Assembly: GCF_003003845.1 (NCBI RefSeq)
Contig: NZ_PVWO01000088.1
Location: 1-15,545, forward strand
DNA length: 15,545 nucleotides
Direction: 5' to 3'
DNA from: Chamaesiphon polymorphus CCALA 037
Lineage (GTDB): Bacteria > Cyanobacteriota > Cyanobacteriia > Cyanobacteriales > Chamaesiphonaceae
The notes beneath the pieces are model-generated. The model saw only the letters and a list, made by a program, of their open reading frames with translations. It was not told the origin of the DNA and made no database searches. How positions within the stretch are numbered: the stretch's first letter is position 1; the number at the start of each line of letters is the position of its first letter. The translations under genes and the position numbers were made by a program. This document shows, piece by piece, positions 6,812-12,338 of the stretch.

Positions 6812-6961
6812 CTAGACCGATTCCATCCAGCCGCAAACTAGTTTGCCATTGGCATCGGTATACCAGCGACCCAGCGGCGGAACTGGCTTGGTTTGTTTAG
6901 CGATCGATTTAACTGGGTGAGCGAGTTGTGAGCCGATTGGTTGAGTAATGGTAAGTGTCAT
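6812..6961 (-). CDS. small peptide, copy B (49 aa), not in the ORF track
   Basis: Hand translation gives MTLTITQPIGSQLAHPVKSIAKQTKPVPPLGRWYTDANGKLVCGWMESV followed by TAG. GGAG lies 9 nt upstream of the ATG. The start sits exactly 380 nt from that of copy A. Confidence 0.6.
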   Translation of the reverse strand: MTLTITQPIGSQLAHPVKSIAKQTKPVPPLGRWYTDANGKLVCGWMESV

Positions 6962-7083
6962 GATGATGCGCTCCAAGCTTAATGATATGTAAAGATATTG
7001 AGTATTTACGAGTTGTTTCTAAGCATCAGAAAATAACTAACAGAGTTTCGATTGACTTTCTTTACTTGTAAGATTGACTTCAA
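6962..7083 (-). promoter_or_regulatory. conserved leader/promoter region of peptide gene B
   Basis: Counterpart of 6582-6703 at a constant 380-nt offset. The SD GGAG and the block AGAAACAACTC..AAATACTCAAT.TCTTTACA are conserved. The TTGAAG box is conserved (7083-7078), but the hexamer 17 nt downstream is only GAAAGT. Confidence 0.35.
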
Positions 7084-7171
7084 ATATTCAAACTCGGATT
7101 TCAGACACCTTCAGAATTTTTACAAAAAGTAATAAAAGAGCGCGAGCTAAAACAAATGTCCCGAAACAGAC

Positions 7172-7204
7172 AAAGACCCGACTTTTTAAAAAAGTTGGGT
7201 CTTT
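7172..7204 (-). terminator. hairpin downstream of the HetZ-like gene
   Basis: AAAGACCCGAC (7172-7182) and GTTGGGTCTTT (7194-7204) flank a TTTTTAAAAAA loop. On the - strand RNA this gives an 8-bp GC-containing stem plus 2 bp after one mismatch, beginning 19 nt after the stop at 7223 and followed by GTCTGTTTC. It is absent from repeat unit A. Confidence 0.5.
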
Positions 7205-7222
7205 AGCAGGGTTTGGATGCAA

Positions 7223-8401
7223 TTAGGAATTAGTTCTAAGCGATTGGGCGACTAAATAAACTTGACTCCAAGCTTTGAAGACTTCGTTAGTGCGCATGTG
7301 CAGCAATCGGGCGATTTGCTCGATCGAACTACCAGCTTTAATACTAGTTAAAATCTGGAGTTGCAGGGGAGCCAAACTCCCGCACAAGTTATCCCACTGA
7401 CTGGCAGTCAGCCCAAAATTATGTTCGGTAAGAGAGATCTGCAACCATTGAGCTACTAATTCCGATCGATCTTTCATCCCAAAAACTTTAGCGGCTTGAT
7501 ATTTGATATTTTCGCGCAGGCGATAGATGTGTTGGATTGGCAGCCCCATCGCTTGGGCGATGGCTTCGGGAGTTTGTCCTTGAAGGTAAAGATCGAGCCA
7601 GACACCAGCTTCGGTACCAAGTTTGGCAACTAGATGGTCTCGCAGTTCCGCTTTGACGTTCTCACGGAGGACTTGGATTTCTTCCCCGGCTTGCTGTTGC
7701 AGGTATTCCTCCTGAGATCGATCGTCGAGCAAACTCCAGGTCGAGTCATCATTGGCAATGACTTCATCGGATACTAATTTGACTAGCTCTCCTTTTGCGA
7801 TACTGGTCACGCCCCCACTTTGGGAACGGCGAAGATAGTTGACAAAGCGATAAGCAATCAGCGGGCGATTGCGGATCGGGCGCAGACAATATTCTTCAAC
7901 ACTGGCAAATAGTAAGGCATCGCGCAACCGAGGATTTTGGGTACATTTGCCAATCCAAGCGAGTTGCTGCTGAATGTAGCGATCGCTCTGCAACAGTTCT
8001 TGAATAATTTCTTGCAAGACATCGACGACAGTCCGCTGACAATCGCTGCTTTGGGCGATCCAGGCGCGGATTTGTTCGCCGAGGACTGCCACCCCACCCA
8101 AGCGTTGCATTAAGTGCTTGTAAGCCCGTGTGGGTGGCAATCCGAGATATCTTTGGCTGAGGATGCGCCATTGATAATCCATTGCCTGCCGAGCGATCTG
8201 CAACTCCCGTGGCTCTAAGGTTTCCAATCGTTGGCGATCTTCGCCTAGCAGCCAATTGACAATACTCGCTTGGCTAGCTTCAGTTTGCTGGGCACATTCT
8301 GCGGCTACGCGGGTTTGCCACTGGCGATCGATCTCGTCTGCTACTGTAGTTGTCAAAGCAGGCCGAGCGGTTAAGTTAGGGATTAATGTGGCAGTCATCA
8401 T
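7223..8401 (-). CDS. putative transcription regulator with two C-terminal sigma-70 region-4/LuxR-like HTH segments (possibly HetZ-related family)
   Basis: 392-codon ORF starting at ATG 8401. The C-terminal third has two HTH-like stretches: LYLQGQTPEAIAQAMGLPIQHIYRLRENIKYQAAKVF and LQILTSIKAGSSIEQIARLLHMRTNEVFKAWSQVYLVAQ. Size and layout remind me of cyanobacterial HetZ/HetZ-related proteins. That assignment is recall only and needs an HMM search. Confidence 0.8.
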   Translation of the reverse strand: MMTATLIPNLTARPALTTTVADEIDRQWQTRVAAECAQQTEASQASIVNWLLGEDRQRLETLEPRELQIARQAMDYQWRILSQRYLGLPPTRAYKHLMQRLGGVAVLGEQIRAWIAQSSDCQRTVVDVLQEIIQELLQSDRYIQQQLAWIGKCTQNPRLRDALLFASVEEYCLRPIRNRPLIAYRFVNYLRRSQSGGVTSIAKGELVKLVSDEVIANDDSTWSLLDDRSQEEYLQQQAGEEIQVLRENVKAELRDHLVAKLGTEAGVWLDLYLQGQTPEAIAQAMGLPIQHIYRLRENIKYQAAKVFGMKDRSELVAQWLQISLTEHNFGLTASQWDNLCGSLAPLQLQILTSIKAGSSIEQIARLLHMRTNEVFKAWSQVYLVAQSLRTNS

Positions 8402-8660
8402 TCAGGCTCCTTGTCAGCTAGTTATTCGTCAGAGAATTACCGATTGACTGGGATCTCGTCCTGCATCATCAATGCGCTGTATTTCTCTTTCGTGTCCCTA
8501 GTATCCACCCAGACCGCGACTGGAACCAGAGGAGATAGATCGAGATAAGCAAGCACTTAAGCAATGCCAAGATCTGTAAAAGAAGTTCCACTAGTGGGGA
8601 TCTCACTAATCTGCACGATCGCCAGCCGTTGGCTGTTGTGGTAATTGGGGCGGTCGTCGG

Positions 8661-8680
8661 CTTAAGTCAAACTTAAGTCA
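8661..8680. repeat. direct repeat CTTAAGTCA-AA-CTTAAGTCA (11-nt period), possible operator
   Basis: Read directly at 8661-8669 and 8672-8680. Each copy contains the palindrome CTTAAG. It lies in the 380-nt divergent spacer, about 100 nt upstream of ATG 8782 and about 260 nt upstream of the HetZ-like start. Confidence 0.6.
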
Positions 8681-8781
8681 GTAAATTAAGGTAACAGCCG
8701 ATCGCGATCGTTAGATTCTTTACAATAAAATGATTCGATACTGTTGTATCTATACAGCCATTCGTAACTCTGTCAACTGCA

Positions 8782-9165
8782 ATGAACGCCAAAAAGAGTC
8801 GCCGCCGAGGAGTCGTACTCTCGTCAACCGGACAACAAAAACTCGAAACTGCCCGACGACAGTTTGAGAAAGCGGGTAATAACGGCGATAGATTCACCTT
8901 AGAAGAACTCAGCGAACGCACGCAGCTAGCAGTCAGTACGATTACCCGCGTGTTGGAATCCCAAATTGGGGTTGACAAATTAACCATCGACCAGTTTTTT
9001 GCGGCCTTCGATCTACTGTTGGAACGCAAAGATTATCACAGTCCAGAGCAGCTCGCAGCGGAGCAAAGTACTCCCGATCGGCCCGCGCCCACAGCGGCAG
9101 AGTCTGCGCTGGGGCCGATCGAGTCAAACAAACAAATCGTCGATTGGGGTGAAGCGATTCTCTGA
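8782..9165 (+). CDS. fragment 1: N-terminal HTH domain of the NB-ARC/WD40 protein
   Basis: ATG 8782. RGVVLSSTGQQKLETARRQFEKAGNNGDRFTLEELSERTQLAVSTITRVLESQIGVDKLTIDQFFAAFDL is an XRE-type HTH, as seen at the N-terminus of many cyanobacterial NB-ARC/WD40 proteins. It ends DWGEAIL* where relatives continue DWGEA.DVS.FYGR. Confidence 0.7.
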   Translation: MNAKKSRRRGVVLSSTGQQKLETARRQFEKAGNNGDRFTLEELSERTQLAVSTITRVLESQIGVDKLTIDQFFAAFDLLLERKDYHSPEQLAAEQSTPDRPAPTAAESALGPIESNKQIVDWGEAIL

Positions 9166-9275
9166 CGAGAGGCTTCGCCAACGATGTCTCGACTTTCTAC
9201 GGCAGAGATCCCGAAATTTCGACGCTAGCAACTTGGATTGCTGCCGATGGCTGTCGGCTAGTTGGCATTCTGGGT

Positions 9276-11486
9276 ATGGGTGGAATTGGCAAAACTGCCC
9301 TATCGGTCAAACTCGCCCAGCAACTACTTCAGAGCGACACGTCATTTGAATTTATTATCTGGCGCACCCTGCGTAACGCGCCACCATTGGAGTTATTACT
9401 CACCGATCTGATTCAAATCCTCTCTTGCCAGCGTGAAAGCTTGCCTGCATTGCCGATTTCATCACTTTTGAATCGCTTGATTCATTACCTCCGCCAGCAT
9501 CGGTGTCTGTTGATTTTAGATAATGGCGAAACAATTCTCCAGGGCGGACAGTTTACCGGACTGTATCGCCCAGATTATGAAGCCTATGGCGAACTATTAC
9601 GTCAAGTGGGAGAAATCGCGCACCAGAGTTGTGTGGTGCTAACCAGTCGGGAGAAACCGGAAACGATCGCCAATCTCGAAGGTGATAATTTACCCGTGCG
9701 CTCGTTTGCCTTAGCGGGATTGCCAGAGGATGATAGCGATCGATTGTTCGATGCGATCGGATTATTGCCATCGCCAATTGGCAGACGCAAACTGATTGAA
9801 GTTTATAGTGGCAATCCCTTGGCTCTGAAGATTGTCGCGACCTCAATTCGAGAACTATTCGATGGCAATGTCGATGCTTTTGTCAGCGAAGAAACGACAA
9901 TTTTTAATGGTATTCGGCGGTTGCTCGATCGGCAATTCAATCGATTGATGCCGCTGGAACGACAAGTGATGAATTGGTTATCGATCGAGCGGGAGTGGGT
10001 AACGATCGCCAAATTACAGACAGATATCGTCCCCTCTGTGCCCAAACAACGGCTGATGGAAACATTAGAATCTCTATCGCGGCGCAGTTTAATCGAGCAA
10101 AAAAATGGTCGGTTTACTCAACAACCTGTCGTCATGGAATACACGACCGAACGGTTAATCGATCGTATCTGTGAGGAAATTCAGACGGTCGATCCCGATC
10201 TTTTGACATTTAATTCCTATGCTTTAATTCAAGCTACGGCCAGAGATTACGTGCGCGAAAGTCAAGTGCGAACGATCTTACAACCGATCGCCGATCGCGT
10301 GTGGCAACAGTTTCGCTCGGCGGCAATATTCGATCGACACATGCGGCAAATTTTAACAACAATTAAAAACTCAGAAATTGCATCTGTCAGCTATGGAGCG
10401 GGGAATCTGATTAACTTAATGCACCAACTCCAGCTCGATTTAACTGGTTACGATTTTACCGAGCTGGCAATCCGGCAGGCTTGCTTGCAAACTGTCCCGC
10501 TGCATCGAGTTAATTTGAGCGGTGCCCAGATAATTGATTGTCAGTTTGCCGAAACGATCGGGCCTACCTATTCGTTGGCAATTAATACAGATATCGATCG
10601 GCTGGCGATCGGTGGTGAAGATGGTACGATCCACATCTGGCAAGCATCAACAGGGCAACCCTTACTGACGATCGAGGCACATACTACCTTTATTTTTGCA
10701 CTTACCTTCAGTCAAGATGGCCGAACTTTAGTCAGCGGTGGTATCGACTCGCTGCTGCGGTTTTGGGATGTTACTACGGGCACTTGCTTAGAGACGAGAA
10801 AGTTAGATGGTTCGATGTGGGGATTGGCGCTGAGTCCAGATGGTAAACTCCTCGCAGGAAGCACATCTAGCGAACATCGCGCCCTCTACGTTTGGGATGG
10901 CAGCAGTGGGGAATGCCTGAACACCTTGACCGGACACGACGCGCAATCTAGAGAAATGAAGTTTATTCCCTCGCCGCTGGCTGAGACTGGCTGGTTGCTA
11001 GTCAGTGGCTCTCATGACTGTACCCTCAAAAGTTGGGATCTCGAACGGGGTGATTGTCTGCGCACTCTGACCGGACATACCAGCATCGTGTTTACAATTG
11101 GCGTACGCCCCCAAGCAGATCTCATCGCTAGTGGCAGCTTCGACTCTACGATTAAACTCTGGAACTGGCAAACGGGCGAATGCGTGCGAACTTTAGTCGG
11201 GCATACCGCCGAGGTGACGAGTATCAGTTTTAGCCCCGATCGGCAACTGCTAGCGAGTGGCAGTAACGATCTGACGATTCGGATTTGGGAGGTGGAGACG
11301 GGAGAATGCCTCCAAGTATTGCAGGGACATCAAGACCAAATTTGGAAAATAGCATTTACTATCGCTCCCCAGCAAGATGGCAGCAAACAACTCATCCTCA
11401 TCAGCATCGGCTTCGATCGCACCATGCGATTTTGGCATATTTGCACTCTAGCGGCAACGCCACCACTGCCACTCGATTGCGTTTGA
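9276..11486 (+). CDS. fragment 2: NB-ARC ATPase, winged helix, pentapeptide-like linker and about 7 WD40 blades
   Basis: Walker A GMGGIGKT (9273-9296), Walker B CLLILDNGE, NB-ARC GxP motif SGNPLALKIVA. The linker is LTGYDFTELAIRQACLQTVPLHRVNLSGAQIIDCQFAE. WD40 units follow, such as GHTSIVFTIGVRPQADLIASGSFDSTIKLWNWQTGEC and GHTAEVTSISFSPDRQLLASGSNDLTIRIWEVETGEC. Confidence 0.8.
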   Translation: MGGIGKTALSVKLAQQLLQSDTSFEFIIWRTLRNAPPLELLLTDLIQILSCQRESLPALPISSLLNRLIHYLRQHRCLLILDNGETILQGGQFTGLYRPDYEAYGELLRQVGEIAHQSCVVLTSREKPETIANLEGDNLPVRSFALAGLPEDDSDRLFDAIGLLPSPIGRRKLIEVYSGNPLALKIVATSIRELFDGNVDAFVSEETTIFNGIRRLLDRQFNRLMPLERQVMNWLSIEREWVTIAKLQTDIVPSVPKQRLMETLESLSRRSLIEQKNGRFTQQPVVMEYTTERLIDRICEEIQTVDPDLLTFNSYALIQATARDYVRESQVRTILQPIADRVWQQFRSAAIFDRHMRQILTTIKNSEIASVSYGAGNLINLMHQLQLDLTGYDFTELAIRQACLQTVPLHRVNLSGAQIIDCQFAETIGPTYSLAINTDIDRLAIGGEDGTIHIWQASTGQPLLTIEAHTTFIFALTFSQDGRTLVSGGIDSLLRFWDVTTGTCLETRKLDGSMWGLALSPDGKLLAGSTSSEHRALYVWDGSSGECLNTLTGHDAQSREMKFIPSPLAETGWLLVSGSHDCTLKSWDLERGDCLRTLTGHTSIVFTIGVRPQADLIASGSFDSTIKLWNWQTGECVRTLVGHTAEVTSISFSPDRQLLASGSNDLTIRIWEVETGECLQVLQGHQDQIWKIAFTIAPQQDGSKQLILISIGFDRTMRFWHICTLAATPPLPLDCV

Positions 11487-11502
11487 CCCCCAAGGGCATC
11501 TC

Positions 11503-11955
11503 TTGGCTACTGTCGGTCACGATAGTTCCGTCAAGCTGTGGAATGCCGATTCCGGGGAGTGTTACCAGACATTATGCGGCCATACGGGGATTCTCGGTGC
11601 GGTTGCCTTTAGTCCCGACGGCAAGATCCTCGCCAGCGGTCGGAGCGATCTCACGATTAGACTGTGGGATGTCTCTACTGAAGAGTGTTTTCATGTCCTC
11701 ACAGGTCATACCAGCGGCGTGACATCGGTATGCTTCCTCCCTGTAGATCCAGCTCGACCGATCGAGACACAACCCCAAATTCTCGTCAGTGGCTCTCATG
11801 ACGAAACCATTCGCTTGTGGGATATCAAAACAGGTGAATGTGTGAGGATGTTCCGACCCGATCGACTGTATGAGGGGATGAATATTATAGGGATAACTGG
11901 ACTGACCGAGGGATCGATCGCGACGCTGAAGAGTTTGGGGGCTGTGGAGCAATAA
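11503..11955 (+). CDS. fragment 3: C-terminal WD40 blades and tail
   Basis: The frame is open from 11452 (RQRHHCHSIAFDPQGHLLATVGHDSSVKLWNADSGEC...). It has 3 further WD units and ends RPDRLYEGMNIIGITGLTEGSIATLKSLGAVEQ*, the usual C-terminal tail of cyanobacterial WD40 STAND proteins. Confidence 0.75.
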   Translation: MATVGHDSSVKLWNADSGECYQTLCGHTGILGAVAFSPDGKILASGRSDLTIRLWDVSTEECFHVLTGHTSGVTSVCFLPVDPARPIETQPQILVSGSHDETIRLWDIKTGECVRMFRPDRLYEGMNIIGITGLTEGSIATLKSLGAVEQ

Positions 11956-12036
11956 CAAGCAGAATTTGACGATATTACCAGATTTAATTTTCCTTGATAC
12001 TTCCCTTTTAGGACTGCATCTGGTTTCTGGCAAGCA

Positions 12037-12324
12037 TTACCCTTCCCGATATACCAACTCTTGGAATCGCTCATTATCACGAATACGATCGAAATCTGGG
12101 TTATGTTTTGCTTCCCTTCTGCAAAGACGCGGTTTAATATCGATCGCTTTTTGTAAGTTCTCGATTGCCAGATCTACCTCATCTTGCAAGGCATGATAGC
12201 AAGCTTTAGCATAATAGCCAATCTCATGATTAGGAGCTTGTTCAATTACTCGATCGCACTCGATAAGAGCTTCAGTGTATCGACTAGCTCTTGCCAAAAT
12301 AATGCCACGATTAGCCCTGAGCAA
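12037..12324 (-). CDS. TPR C-terminal cap fragment (probably the displaced end of the 12339..15545 gene)
   Basis: LLRANRGIILARASRYTEALIECDRVIEQAPNHEIGYYAKACYHALQDEVDLAIENLQKAIDIKP makes two TPRs. The following ...EAKHNPDFDRIRDNERFQELV is the typical end-of-array capping motif. There is only a TTG start and no SD. Its frame is open upstream to about 12370, overlapping the end of the large ORF. Confidence 0.6.
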   Translation of the reverse strand: MLRANRGIILARASRYTEALIECDRVIEQAPNHEIGYYAKACYHALQDEVDLAIENLQKAIDIKPRLCRREAKHNPDFDRIRDNERFQELVYREG

Positions 12325-12338
12325 AACTTTTTTTGATT

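Larger units (their letters stand above)
6422..7273. repeat. tandem duplication: unit A 6422-6801 (380 bp), unit B 6802-7273 (same module plus about 89 bp extra)
   Basis: Gap-free homology at a 380-nt offset runs from 6422/6802 to about 6753/7133, covering the peptide ORF, leader and upstream spacer. The offset then becomes 469 nt for the HetZ-like 3' end (6754 vs 7223). The extra segment in unit B (about 7134-7222) carries the terminator hairpin. Confidence 0.85.
8782..11955 (+). pseudogene. HTH/NB-ARC/WD40 STAND NTPase gene interrupted by at least two frame shifts
   Basis: Three consecutive same-strand ORFs together form one canonical protein. 8782..9165 is an XRE-like HTH ending in DWGEA. 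The frame of 9276..11486 is open from 9153 and reads NDVSTFYGRDPEISTLATWIAADGCRLVGILGMGGIGKT. 11503..11955 (frame open from 11452) supplies the final WD blades and the typical C-terminal tail. The ORF-track start of the middle ORF falls inside the Walker A motif. Confidence 0.6.

Noticed and set aside
7134-7222. 16-codon ORF (MSRNRQRPDFLKKLGL) on the + strand in the unit-B-specific 89-nt segment
   Set aside because: It is too short, has no SD, and overlaps the terminator hairpin. It is absent from the other repeat unit.
6348-7222. Possibility that the duplicated 380-bp module is a mobile element (MITE/IS remnant)
   Set aside because: It has no terminal inverted repeats, no target-site duplication and no transposase fragment. 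The junction instead contains a relic of the neighbouring gene's 3' end, which indicates a local tandem duplication.
7858-8447. ORFs 7858..8097 (-), 7896..8255 (-), 8256..8447 (+) within the HetZ-like gene
   Set aside because: These are alternative frames or the opposite strand of a longer ORF with coherent HTH motifs. Their translations are Arg/Ser/Ala-rich frame artefacts.
8402-8781. Search for a HetR-type inverted repeat (GAGGGG...CCCCTC) upstream of the HetZ-like gene
   Set aside because: No such motif is present in this spacer. The only CCCCTC/GAGGGG-like palindrome is the hairpin at 2451-2476, which is unrelated in position.
8999-9349. 116-aa + strand ORF that spans the first frame-shift site in the third frame; considered as a possible bridge between fragments 1 and 2
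   Set aside because: Its translation (…NLDCCRWLSASWHSGYGWNWQNCP…) lacks the DVSTFYGR and GMGGIGKT motifs, which are clearly read in frame 0. It is not the bridging frame.
8673-10643. Remaining alternative-frame and antisense ORFs inside the N-terminal and NB-ARC portion of the STAND gene: 8673..9029 (-), 8942..9181 (-), 9553..9846 (-), 9602..9790 (-), 9803..10045 (-), 9974..10174 (+), 10440..10643 (-)
   Set aside because: All are nested in the HTH/NB-ARC/WD40 gene, whose motifs define the true frames. Their translations are Arg/Ser-rich with no recognisable motif.
11250-12196. ORFs 11250..11438 (-), 11285..11722 (+), 11572..12033 (-), 11796..12080 (-), 11966..12196 (+)
   Set aside because: These are alternative frames of the WD40 C-terminus and the TPR cap region. 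They have no motifs and overlap ORFs with clear repeat signatures. Only the short 11441-11473 stretch of 11285..11722 may reflect the ancestral frame (see the second frame-break finding).
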